From Hyphomicrobiales bacterium (GTDB lineage: Bacteria > Pseudomonadota > Alphaproteobacteria > Rhizobiales > TMED25), in contig JAYPPX010000001.1 in the NCBI GenBank assembly GCA_038131735.1, positions 1,057,729 through 1,121,728 on the forward strand: DNA of 64,000 bases, read 5' to 3'. The notes under the pieces were generated by a model. That model did no database searches. It saw only the letters and a list, made by a program, of their open reading frames with translations, and had not been told where the DNA came from. The translations under genes were made by a program, and so were the position numbers. Below are positions 50,125 through 59,237 of this stretch, piece by piece; the first letter of the stretch is position 1, and every line of letters starts with the position of its first letter.

Positions 50125-51144
50125 ATGTTACAAAATTTAAGACAAATAGCTCAAAAGCTTGTTTCTGATGGGAAGGGAATTCTTGCTGCTGATGAGAGTA
50201 CCGCAACAATAAAAAAAAGATTTGATCAAATATCTGTTCTAAGCACAAATGATAGTCGCCGAGATTACAGAGAAATGCTTTTTAGCACGATGGATGCTAT
50301 GCATGATTTTATCTCTGGAGTAATCTTATTTGATGAAACAATCCGACAGGATTGTAGGGATGGGAGAAAGATAACTGATTTATTGAGAGAAACAGATACT
50401 TTGATTGGAATCAAAGTTGATACGGGAGCTAAAAATCTTGCACTATTTGATAATGAAACAATAACAGAAGGTCTTGATGGACTCAGGGAAAGACTCATAG
50501 AGTATCATAGTTTAGGTGCAACTTTTGCAAAATGGCGAGCTGTCATTAAAATTACTGAACGTACGCCAACTAATTATTCGCTTGCAGCTAATGCTCATGC
50601 ACTATCAAGATACGCAGCTCTATGTCAAGAAGTAGGAATCGTACCGATAGTTGAACCTGAAATTCTAATGGATAGTCATGACTCGCATCATACTATAAAG
50701 CAATGTTTTGACATTACTTCCAAAACATTAAGTATGGTTTTTGATGAATTAATTAATGCCAATGTTGCACTAGATGGAATAATCCTTAAACCAAATATGA
50801 TCATCCCTGGAATCCATTGTTCAGAAAAAGTTGGTCCTATAGATGTGGCAAAACAAACATTAAAGTGTCTAGAAGAATATGTTCCAAAAGATGTGCCCGG
50901 TATTTGCTTCTTATCTGGAGGACAGTCTGATATCGAAGCAACCAGGCATTTATCTCTAATGAATGAACTTAAAGTTAATGATGTGAAACTTAGTTTTTCA
51001 TATGGTAGAGCTCTCCAACAAAGCGCCCTATTGAAATGGAAAGGAAAAGAAGAAAATATACCGGAGGCTCAGCAAGCATTTAAACATAGAGCAAAAATGA
51101 ACAGCCTTGCTTCATTGGGTAAGTGGCAAGAAGATCTTGAATAA
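50125..51144 (+). CDS. fba: class I fructose-bisphosphate aldolase
   Basis: About 339 aa from the ATG at 50125. GILAADESTATIKKRF, the Schiff-base lysine region LDGIILKPNM, and LSGGQS, typical of class I (animal/plant-type) FBA. Confidence 0.9.
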   Translation: MLQNLRQIAQKLVSDGKGILAADESTATIKKRFDQISVLSTNDSRRDYREMLFSTMDAMHDFISGVILFDETIRQDCRDGRKITDLLRETDTLIGIKVDTGAKNLALFDNETITEGLDGLRERLIEYHSLGATFAKWRAVIKITERTPTNYSLAANAHALSRYAALCQEVGIVPIVEPEILMDSHDSHHTIKQCFDITSKTLSMVFDELINANVALDGIILKPNMIIPGIHCSEKVGPIDVAKQTLKCLEEYVPKDVPGICFLSGGQSDIEATRHLSLMNELKVNDVKLSFSYGRALQQSALLKWKGKEENIPEAQQAFKHRAKMNSLASLGKWQEDLE

Positions 51145-51157
51145 TACAGATTAAGTC

Positions 51158-52093
51158 ATGAAATATTTCTTCAAATATATTTGTTTATCTCTCTATATAC
51201 TAGCAATTCAATCATCTATTGTTTTAGCTGAAACAAATGATGAAGAATTCAGGAGCCTTTTGGTTAATGATAATATTGATAGAGCAATAGAATTACAGAT
51301 CGACACAAATAATAGTGAATGGTCATTTTGGATAGCTCAAAAGTACCTGAGTTTAAACGATATTGACAGTGCACTCAAATGGTATGAACAATCAAAAAAT
51401 GAAGGCAATACTAATGCACACTATCAGCTGGCAGAGCTGCTTCTTCATTACAAAATTGATGTAGTGAAGTCATATCAACTATTCTATGAACTCATCAATT
51501 CAGAAAATAAGTTTTTATCTTCATCTTCAAAATATTATCTATCAATATTTTATAAACATGGGATTGGTGTAACCATGGATAAAGATAGAGCCTTCAAATA
51601 TATAAAAGAAGCGAGTAACGAAGAACTAACAATTGCTAAATATATGATTGTTGATTATTTGATAAATGGCATTGGAACAAAAATAGATGAGAGAGCCGCT
51701 GCTAAACTAATGTTTCAATTTGCTGATATAGGCTACACAGAAGCCGAATATGATTACGCAATGATGATTTTAAATGAAATCGGATTAAAAAGAAATGAAG
51801 AAACTGCTATAGCATGGCTTGAAAAATCAGCACAAAAAGCGTACCCACCAGCTCTTCAACAACTATCCAGTATGTATTTTTACGGAATTGGTGTGCAAAA
51901 AGATGATGTGAAAGCATACGAATACTATCTACTTGCAAAACAGCTGGGAATATCTGATGTCGAACTGGATATGAATATGACTGTAGTTTCTCCAGATAAA
52001 AAGGAAATTGCAATTCAAAACTATGCAAATTTTAGACCAAGACCTAATGATTATAGTATTACCTATTTACGAATACCTCAGTTTATGAAATAA
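51158..52093 (+). CDS. secreted Sel1-like (SLR/TPR) repeat protein
   Basis: 311 aa with a signal peptide (ends ..VLAETN). Repeated units of about 36 aa with A..(W/Y)...A...G...A.(Y).L(A).(Y)..G.G(V)..D...A blocks. Confidence 0.75.
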   Translation: MKYFFKYICLSLYILAIQSSIVLAETNDEEFRSLLVNDNIDRAIELQIDTNNSEWSFWIAQKYLSLNDIDSALKWYEQSKNEGNTNAHYQLAELLLHYKIDVVKSYQLFYELINSENKFLSSSSKYYLSIFYKHGIGVTMDKDRAFKYIKEASNEELTIAKYMIVDYLINGIGTKIDERAAAKLMFQFADIGYTEAEYDYAMMILNEIGLKRNEETAIAWLEKSAQKAYPPALQQLSSMYFYGIGVQKDDVKAYEYYLLAKQLGISDVELDMNMTVVSPDKKEIAIQNYANFRPRPNDYSITYLRIPQFMK

Positions 52094-52170
52094 GATTTTG
52101 TAAATACTTCAATATTTAATGCTTTTAAAAGATACATTGTAACAAACCAAATTAAATCCAGGAGGATGGA

Positions 52171-52734
52171 ATGAAAATAAATGGCAATCAAATAAAAATA
52201 GGTAATGTACTAGAGTACAAAGGCTCCCTTTTTATAGTCACAAAGACTCAAGCTGTAAAACCTGGTAAAGGAGGAGCATTTAATCAAGTAGAAATGAAAT
52301 CAATCATCGACAATACAAAATTAAATGAGAGATTTAGATCTGACGAGATTGTAGAAAAAATAAGAATTGACTCAGAAACCTTTCAATTTCTATATGCCGA
52401 TGAAAATGAACTAATTTTTATGAATAACGAAACATACGAACAACTATCATTAGATGAAAAAATTCTAGAAGAGAAGAAATCATTGCTAAAAGAGGGAATG
52501 ATAGTAGATATCGAACTATATGACGGTAAACCAATAGGTGTAATATTACCTGAAACAATTATTCTAAAAGTAATTGATACTGAGCCAACAATTAAAGGAC
52601 AAACTGCAGCATCATCCTCAAAGCCTGCGATATTAGAGAATAATTTACGTGTAATGGTTCCTCCGTTTGTCAATAATGATGAGATGATAGTTATTGATAC
52701 AAACGAGCTTACATATATTAAAAGAGCTGAATAA
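52171..52734 (+). CDS. efp: translation elongation factor P
   Basis: 187 aa. The VKPGKGGAFNQVEMK loop with the conserved Lys. A strong aggagg SD upstream. Confidence 0.95.
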   Translation: MKINGNQIKIGNVLEYKGSLFIVTKTQAVKPGKGGAFNQVEMKSIIDNTKLNERFRSDEIVEKIRIDSETFQFLYADENELIFMNNETYEQLSLDEKILEEKKSLLKEGMIVDIELYDGKPIGVILPETIILKVIDTEPTIKGQTAASSSKPAILENNLRVMVPPFVNNDEMIVIDTNELTYIKRAE

Positions 52735-52738
52735 CTTA

Positions 52739-53521
52739 ATGAGCTATTTACCTAATTCAAATATCCTATATTCACTGGTTAGAAATATCTCGAAGATATA
52801 TCGGCATGATTTTGGTGAAATTCAGAATTTACAAAAATCCAATAAGTCCATTACTGATTTTACAGATAAAATTAAAAAAAGAATTGAGTCCATTATTCTT
52901 GAAGACTTGTCAGATAAATACGGGAAAAATGGCTACAAGATTATATTCATAAATGATCACATAAAATCTGAGAAAATTTGGGACACAGAAATAGAAAATT
53001 GTTTCATTGTAAACGTGCTGGATGGGGAAGCAAACTTTATGAAGGCCATCCCATTCTTTGCAATTACAATTGCTCACAAAAAAAATAATATCATCCAAAA
53101 TAGTATAATATGCAACCCTATAACTGATGATATATTCATTGCAGAGAGAGGAATTGCTGCAACACATAATAATGTCAAAATGAAAGTTTCTGAGGAGTTG
53201 GCTTCTGAAAAAAATATCGTTATTTTAGAAGATTTTTTTATTAGCGAAAGGGTCCAGAACACTGTCCTAATTGAATATTTAAAATCATTAGAAGATATAA
53301 GAAAGATTGGCTGCCAATCGCTTGAGATATGTATGATTGCTAATGGAATAATCAATGCATATATTGGCTACGAAAAGAATGAAAACCTTATATCTGCAGC
53401 ACTCCTTGTGCTAAAAGAGTCTGGAGGTGTAAAAAATTTAATATCTACTTCAGAACAAAATAGTAAAAATTATTTTATTGTGTCCAACCAAAAAATATAC
53501 GACAATTTATTATATTCGTAA
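52739..53521 (+). CDS. SuhB/inositol-monophosphatase-family protein with substituted catalytic motifs
   Basis: About 260 aa from the ATG at 52739. Aligns with SuhB along its full length, but DPxDGT is NVLDGE (FIVNVLDGEANF), the TEESG Glu region is INDHI, and WDxAAG is ENLISAA. Confidence 0.7.
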   Translation: MSYLPNSNILYSLVRNISKIYRHDFGEIQNLQKSNKSITDFTDKIKKRIESIILEDLSDKYGKNGYKIIFINDHIKSEKIWDTEIENCFIVNVLDGEANFMKAIPFFAITIAHKKNNIIQNSIICNPITDDIFIAERGIAATHNNVKMKVSEELASEKNIVILEDFFISERVQNTVLIEYLKSLEDIRKIGCQSLEICMIANGIINAYIGYEKNENLISAALLVLKESGGVKNLISTSEQNSKNYFIVSNQKIYDNLLYS

Positions 53522-53548
53522 TTAACACATATAGAGGAATTTTGAGTA

Positions 53549-54487
53549 ATGACTGATATTCCTAGTTCAAAGAGTTTCACACATCCTAGAACATATCTTT
53601 TTAGAATGTTTATTTTTATCTTAATAATATCTTTTTTTATTTTTATAATTCAGGATGACCTCTTGAAGGCCTTCTTTGCCAATCCAATAATTAACACAAT
53701 TATAAGTTCTGTACTTGCTTTTGGTATATTTTACATTTTATGGCTTACAACTAACTTATTCAGAGAGGTAAGATGGGTAAATAATTTCCAAAATGGTGAC
53801 AGTCATGCGGATATTGGATCACCGCCATCACTTCTGGCCCCAATGGCTACAATGATGCTTGACCACAAATATGAGATAACATTATCAGCATCCTCAATGA
53901 GATCAATTCTTGACTCAATTTCCTTCAGATTTGATGAGTCCAGAGAATACTCCAGATATATGATAGGATTGTTAATCTTTCTCGGATTACTTGGAACATT
54001 TTGGGGTTTATTGCTAACAGTTGACTCAATTGGTCAAACTATTGGGACGCTAAATATTGGCACAGGTGAAGCAACTGAAATGTTTGAAGAATTGAAATCA
54101 GGATTGGAATCACCCCTTTCAGGAATGGCGGTAGCGTTTTCATCATCTCTTTTTGGCTTGTCAGGTTCTCTGATTCTAGGCTTTTTTGATTTAATATATA
54201 ATCAAGCACAGAATAGATTTTATAATGAACTTGAAGAGTGGCTATCAACAGTAACTGAGATAAATGATGACAGGTCAGATAGTAAAATGCATTTTTATCT
54301 AAATAAAAATATTAAAGAAATGAATGCAAGTCTGACAAATTTTGTAGAAAATTTTAATCAAGACAGAAATAATTTACTAGTTAATGGAAATGATGTTTTA
54401 AAGGCTATTCATGAACAACAAGAAGTTATAGGTTCATTACTCAATGAACAAAATAAATTATTAAAAAAAATATCTGATGAAAAATAA
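53549..54487 (+). CDS. MotA/TolQ/ExbB-like membrane channel protein with a C-terminal coiled-coil tail
   Basis: 312 aa. Two N-terminal TM helices, a soluble loop, then the TM pair IGLLIFLGLLGTFWGLLLTV and PLSGMAVAFSSSLFGLSGSLILGFF, resembling the MotA/ExbB channel helices. The last 75 aa or so are heptad-rich. Confidence 0.6.
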   Translation: MTDIPSSKSFTHPRTYLFRMFIFILIISFFIFIIQDDLLKAFFANPIINTIISSVLAFGIFYILWLTTNLFREVRWVNNFQNGDSHADIGSPPSLLAPMATMMLDHKYEITLSASSMRSILDSISFRFDESREYSRYMIGLLIFLGLLGTFWGLLLTVDSIGQTIGTLNIGTGEATEMFEELKSGLESPLSGMAVAFSSSLFGLSGSLILGFFDLIYNQAQNRFYNELEEWLSTVTEINDDRSDSKMHFYLNKNIKEMNASLTNFVENFNQDRNNLLVNGNDVLKAIHEQQEVIGSLLNEQNKLLKKISDEK

Positions 54488-54496
54488 ACTTTTGTA

Positions 54497-55978
54497 ATGC
54501 CAAGAATTAACAGACGAGCCAACAACAACAGCGCCAATTATTGGCCCGGCTTTGTAGATGCAATGGCTACAATTCTACTTGTTATAATTTTTCTTTTAAC
54601 TGTATTCATCTTATCTCAATTCTTCCTTTCAACAGAAATATCCTCAAAAGATGAGGCTTTGATTGATCTGCAAAGCCAACTCCAAGAATTATCTTTGCTT
54701 TTATCATTAGAACAGAATGAAAATCAAAATTTAGCCACTAAAATTGAATTACTTGAGAGTGACTTAGATGAACTTTTCTCTAAAAATGAGCAATTAAGCA
54801 GTTCACTGGCTATATCTAATGATGAGATAGTCATATTACAGGATGAGATAAACAATTTAAATTTAGATTACCAAAGCCAAATAATAATTTTACAAGACAA
54901 TATTGATAGGCAAATAGCTCTATATGATCTCGAAAGAGATCAATCTGCTGAAAGAAACCAACAAATAATCAAACTTATATCTGAAAACAAACAGATTAGC
55001 TCTTTACTTAAAATGAGAGAATTAGAAATAAATAATAAAGACCTAAAGATCCAAAATATTGAAGATAATATATTAAATTTATCTACTCTAAATAAAAATC
55101 TGGAAGAGACTATTGGCGAGAAAGAGCAAATAATAATAGATCTTCGAGAGAGCTTGAACAAAAATAATACACTTCTAACTGATTATGAAAGTAGTATCAG
55201 TTCCATGAATATTGCGTCAACAGATCTTGAGAGTCAAATAAATGAGAAAGATCAAATAATCATTGATTTAAGGAAGAAAGATAACTCAAATCTTAATAAA
55301 ATTAATAGACTACAGTCTGGACTAGTATCAACTGGCAAGAAATCAAAAGAAGCTTCACTAGAAATTGAATTACTCAATATTCAGATATCAGAATTGAAAA
55401 AACAAATTTCTGCTATTCAAGCTTTACTAGATGCATCTGAACAAAAAGACATAGAACAACAAGCAAGAATTGCTGACCTTGGGAAAAGACTTAATCTTGC
55501 CCTTGCTCAAAGAGTAAAAGAATTATCAGAATATAGATCAGAATTTTTTGGTAAATTGAGAGAAATTATTGGCACTAGAGATGATATCAAGATAATTGGT
55601 GATCGATTTGTTTTCCAATCAGAAGTTTTGTTTGGAAGTGGTGAAGCTACTATAGGTATTGATGGGCAAAGACAGCTCGCTAAATTATCAGTTGCAATCC
55701 AAGATCTCATAGAAGAGATCCCCGAAGAAATCAACTGGATATTAAGAATAGATGGGCACACTGATATTATACCAATTAGGAACTCAAAATATCAGTCGAA
55801 TTGGGATCTTTCAGCAGCACGTGCTATATCAGTTGTAGATTTCTTGATGAAGACAGGAATTCCGCCAAATAGACTTGCTGCTACCGGAAGAGGTGAATAT
55901 ATGCCTCTCGACCCAAATGAGAATGAGGATGCATTTAGAAAGAATAGAAGAATTGAAATTAAACTTACTGAAAGCTAA
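54497..55978 (+). CDS. MotB-like protein: TM helix with conserved Asp, long coiled coil, OmpA/MotB peptidoglycan-binding domain
   Basis: 493 aa. YWPGFVDAMATILLVIIFLL (MotB-type TM Asp), about 300 aa of coiled-coil sequence, and a C-terminal IDGHTD...NWDLSAARA...GRGEY.P...NRRIEIKL. Confidence 0.7.
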   Translation: MPRINRRANNNSANYWPGFVDAMATILLVIIFLLTVFILSQFFLSTEISSKDEALIDLQSQLQELSLLLSLEQNENQNLATKIELLESDLDELFSKNEQLSSSLAISNDEIVILQDEINNLNLDYQSQIIILQDNIDRQIALYDLERDQSAERNQQIIKLISENKQISSLLKMRELEINNKDLKIQNIEDNILNLSTLNKNLEETIGEKEQIIIDLRESLNKNNTLLTDYESSISSMNIASTDLESQINEKDQIIIDLRKKDNSNLNKINRLQSGLVSTGKKSKEASLEIELLNIQISELKKQISAIQALLDASEQKDIEQQARIADLGKRLNLALAQRVKELSEYRSEFFGKLREIIGTRDDIKIIGDRFVFQSEVLFGSGEATIGIDGQRQLAKLSVAIQDLIEEIPEEINWILRIDGHTDIIPIRNSKYQSNWDLSAARAISVVDFLMKTGIPPNRLAATGRGEYMPLDPNENEDAFRKNRRIEIKLTES

Positions 55979-56048
55979 TATAATTAAAGACTTGAGATAA
56001 ACTTAATATTATTGTATACCAAAGTTAATTCATACGTATGGGGAAAAA

Positions 56049-56273
56049 ATGAAAAAAGAAGGACATCCAGACTATCACAAAATAGATGTACTGATGACAG
56101 ACGGTACAAAATACCAAACATATTCAACATATGGTTCTGAAGGTGACACGCTAACTTTAGATATTGATCCCTCCAGTCATCCTGCTTGGACTGGCGGTTC
56201 ACAGCAAATTTTGGACAGAGGTGGACGAGTTAGTAAATTTAACAAGAAGTTTGAGGGTTTACTCAGCAAATAA
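56049..56273 (+). CDS. rpmE: 50S ribosomal protein L31 (Cys-less alphaproteobacterial type)
   Basis: 74 aa. [21 protein letters not shown]....[14 protein letters not shown]. Confidence 0.93.
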   Translation: MKKEGHPDYHKIDVLMTDGTKYQTYSTYGSEGDTLTLDIDPSSHPAWTGGSQQILDRGGRVSKFNKKFEGLLSK

Positions 56274-56314
56274 TATTGTTAAATATGTCTATTTTTCAAT
56301 AATAATTAATTAAA

Positions 56315-57289
56315 ATGTTTGTAATAGATATACTTGATCATGGTAAGAATAATAAACTTATTCATGCAGAAAAAGATGTGCCATTACCTGGTGATGATGA
56401 CATACTCATAGATATCAAAGCTAGCGGTGTAAACAGACCTGATATTTTACAGAGATACGGTCTTCACCCTCCCCCACCCGGTTCTCCATCCCACCCAGGA
56501 CTGGAAGTAGCTGGAGTCATTGTGGATTCTGGAAAGAATGTAAAAAAGTTCAAAAAAGGTGATCATGTAATAGCACTTTTAGGTGGTGGTGGATATGCTG
56601 AATACTGTATTTCAAATCAGTATTTAACATTACCTATGCCAGAGAATTTAACATTTATTGAGGCAGCAGCTATACCTGAAACATATTTTACAGTTTGGAA
56701 TAATGTATTTAAAATAGGTACTCTTACAGAGAATGAGGTAATCTTAATACATGGGGGTTCCAGTGGTATTGGCACTACGGCAATACAGATTGCAAAAGAA
56801 TTTGGTGCTCATGTAATTACTACAACAAGCGAAAAAGAAAAAGTAGAAAAATGCTATGAATTAGGAGCCGACCTTGTCATTAATTATAATACTCATGATT
56901 TCCTTGAAGAAATTAAGTCCTCAAAATACAGCGAGGTAAATGTAATTCTAGACATTGTTGGAGGTGATTATACAAGTAGAAATTATGAACTAGCTGCAAT
57001 GTACGCGAGAATAATCCAAATAGCATATATCAAAGGAAATAACGTAAATATTGATTTGTCACCATTAATGAGAAAAAGCCTTATTCACACAGGTTCTGTT
57101 TTGAGACCAAAAAACTTATCCTACAAAACTGCGATTGCTATTGATATTGAAAAATATCTCTTACCAAAAATAAGTAATGACAAGATAAAACCTATAATTC
57201 ACAGTACTTTTGATTTAAAAAATGCTGATGAGGCTCATAGTTTAATGAAGAGTGGCAAACACTTTGGTAAAATTATTCTCACACAATAA
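56315..57289 (+). CDS. NAD(P)H:quinone oxidoreductase (zeta-crystallin/PIG3-type MDR)
   Basis: 324 aa. GVNRPD, PGLEVAG, cofactor loop IHGGSSGIGTTAIQIAK, and the C-terminal GKIIL. Confidence 0.85.
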   Translation: MFVIDILDHGKNNKLIHAEKDVPLPGDDDILIDIKASGVNRPDILQRYGLHPPPPGSPSHPGLEVAGVIVDSGKNVKKFKKGDHVIALLGGGGYAEYCISNQYLTLPMPENLTFIEAAAIPETYFTVWNNVFKIGTLTENEVILIHGGSSGIGTTAIQIAKEFGAHVITTTSEKEKVEKCYELGADLVINYNTHDFLEEIKSSKYSEVNVILDIVGGDYTSRNYELAAMYARIIQIAYIKGNNVNIDLSPLMRKSLIHTGSVLRPKNLSYKTAIAIDIEKYLLPKISNDKIKPIIHSTFDLKNADEAHSLMKSGKHFGKIILTQ

Positions 57290-57368
57290 TAAAATAAAAA
57301 TATAAGTATAGAAAGACTTGTAATATTAGTATAATAATTAAATAATTTCTACTATATGGAGACAAAAA

Positions 57369-57947
57369 ATGGCTCAAACACCTTTAATGCCCAAAGCAAC
57401 AGCAGTTTGGTTAGTTGAAAATACTGCACTAACTTTTGACCAAATCGCAGAATTTTGTAACCTACATCCTCTAGAAGTTAAAGGAATAGCAGACGGAGAT
57501 GTAGCACAAGGCATTAGGGGAATGGATCCGATCATGTCAGGCGAATTATCAAGAGCAGAATTAGAGACTGCAGAAGCAAATAATACACACAAACTAATAT
57601 TAAATAAAACCTCAGTAGATTTACCAGAAGTAAAGTCAAAAAAACAAAAAAAATATACTCCATTATCTAGAAGACAAGATAGACCTGCTGCAATTGCATG
57701 GCTTGTAAGAAACCATCCAGAATTAAAAGATAGTGAAGTTATCAAATTAGTTGGAACTACAAAGACTACAATTGAAGCGATTAGAAATAGAACCCATTGG
57801 AATATTGGTAATATTCAACCACAGGATCCTGTTGCGCTTGGATTATGCACTCAAATTGAACTAGATAAGCTAGTTTTGAGAGCATCAAAAAGACTAGAAA
57901 GAGAACAATCCAAGGAAGTGAAGACCCTACAGTCAATCGACATCTAA
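57369..57947 (+). CDS. DUF1013-family protein (alphaproteobacteria-specific; I recall recent annotations naming it cell-cycle regulator TrcR)
   Basis: 192 aa. PLMPKATAVWLVENTALTFDQIAEFCNLHPLEVKGIADG and YTPLSRRQDRPAAIAWLVRNHPELKD match the highly conserved DUF1013 blocks as I remember them. Confidence 0.8.
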   Translation: MAQTPLMPKATAVWLVENTALTFDQIAEFCNLHPLEVKGIADGDVAQGIRGMDPIMSGELSRAELETAEANNTHKLILNKTSVDLPEVKSKKQKKYTPLSRRQDRPAAIAWLVRNHPELKDSEVIKLVGTTKTTIEAIRNRTHWNIGNIQPQDPVALGLCTQIELDKLVLRASKRLEREQSKEVKTLQSIDI

Positions 57948-57998
57948 TCCATATAAAAGAATCCTAGATTTTCTATAAAAATTTCAGAATGAATTTTA

Positions 57999-58751
57999 AT
58001 GATAATTGATCCTCTTTTTTATGCTATGGCAATACCTTCTGTGGTGTTGATTGGTTTATCAAAAGGAGGCTTGACTGGTATTGGCGCGCTAGCTGTACCC
58101 CTAATGGCAATTGTTGCATCACCATTACAGGCAGCTGCAGTACTTATGCCAATACTACTAATATTAGATCTTGTTGCAGTATGGACTTATAGAAAGACTT
58201 TTGACAAAATAACATTGGCTATTACAATTCCAGCATCTGTCATTGGCATTGTGATTGGAGCAATATTAGTTGCTCAGGTAAATCCTAATTGGGTAAGAAT
58301 CATAATTGGGTTTATTGCAATTTCATTTACTATATCTTATTGGAAGACAAAAAAAGAGACAAAACCAAGAGATCACAGCATCTTACGTGGTACAATCTGG
58401 GGAAGTATAACAGGTTTTACAAGTTTCGTTACACTAACAGGTGCTCCGCCTTACCAGATGTATTTATTACCTCTTAGACTTGATCAAAGAAAATATGCCG
58501 GGACATTTATGATTTTCTTTTGGATGAATAATATATTAAAAATTGTACCATTTATGATGCTTGGTCAGATGAACAAATCAACATTAACTACATCAGCAAT
58601 CCTATTCCCAATTTCCCTGGTTTTTACTTTTATTGGTATTTGGGTTGTAAAAAAACTCCCCACAAAAATATTCTATGAAATTATTTATATTCTGTTATTT
58701 TTAGTGAGTATAAAACTAATCTATGATGGCTTTACTAAAATCATTTACTAG
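57999..58751 (+). CDS. TSUP-family (TauE/SafE) anion permease
   Basis: 250 aa with 7-8 hydrophobic helices. This is the second TSUP member in the window. Confidence 0.75.
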   Translation: MIIDPLFYAMAIPSVVLIGLSKGGLTGIGALAVPLMAIVASPLQAAAVLMPILLILDLVAVWTYRKTFDKITLAITIPASVIGIVIGAILVAQVNPNWVRIIIGFIAISFTISYWKTKKETKPRDHSILRGTIWGSITGFTSFVTLTGAPPYQMYLLPLRLDQRKYAGTFMIFFWMNNILKIVPFMMLGQMNKSTLTTSAILFPISLVFTFIGIWVVKKLPTKIFYEIIYILLFLVSIKLIYDGFTKIIY

Positions 58752-58763
58752 GAGTGTATGTTA

Positions 58764-59237
58764 ATGAAAAAAATAGCAATAATTATGGGATCACAATCTG
58801 ATTGGGATACCATGCAATTTGCAGCCCATACACTAAATGAATTTAATATCGAATATGATAAACTTATTATTTCAGCTCATAGAACACCCGATAGGCTCTA
58901 TGAATTTTCCAAAAATTCATCAGAAAAATATTCTGTGATAATTGCTGGTGCTGGAGGATCTGCTCATTTGCCAGGTATGGTGGCATCATTGACCATAGTT
59001 CCGGTATTAGGTGTACCAATTGAGTCTAATTTTTTAAATGGCATGGACAGTTTACTTTCTATCGTTCAAATGCCAAAAGGTATCCCTGTTGGAACTCTTG
59101 CAGTTGGAAAATCTGGGGCAATTAATGCAGCATTACTCGCTATTTCAATATTATCACAAAATGATAAAGAAATTGCGCAAGCACTGACTTTGTATAGAGA
59201 AAAACAAACGAAATCCGTAAAAACTTCGCCTAAATGA
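58764..59237 (+). CDS. purE: N5-carboxyaminoimidazole ribonucleotide mutase (class I PurE)
   Basis: [14 protein letters not shown] and [13 protein letters not shown]. The ATG at 58764 has better spacing from the aggag SD than the ATG at 58758. Confidence 0.93.
   Translation: MKKIAIIMGSQSDWDTMQFAAHTLNEFNIEYDKLIISAHRTPDRLYEFSKNSSEKYSVIIAGAGGSAHLPGMVASLTIVPVLGVPIESNFLNGMDSLLSIVQMPKGIPVGTLAVGKSGAINAALLAISILSQNDKEIAQALTLYREKQTKSVKTSPK

Noticed and set aside
53549-55978. Zorya-type (ZorA/ZorB) anti-phage system call for the MotA/MotB-like pair
   Set aside because: In Zorya the very long coiled-coil tail is on the MotA-like ZorA, and ZorC/ZorD-type effector genes follow. Here the long coiled coil is on the MotB-like protein, the A-subunit tail is short, and the neighbours are efp, suhB-like and rpmE.
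57374-57745. 123-aa minus-strand ORF
   Set aside because: It is antisense to the strongly conserved DUF1013 gene and is low-complexity, so it is likely a shadow ORF.
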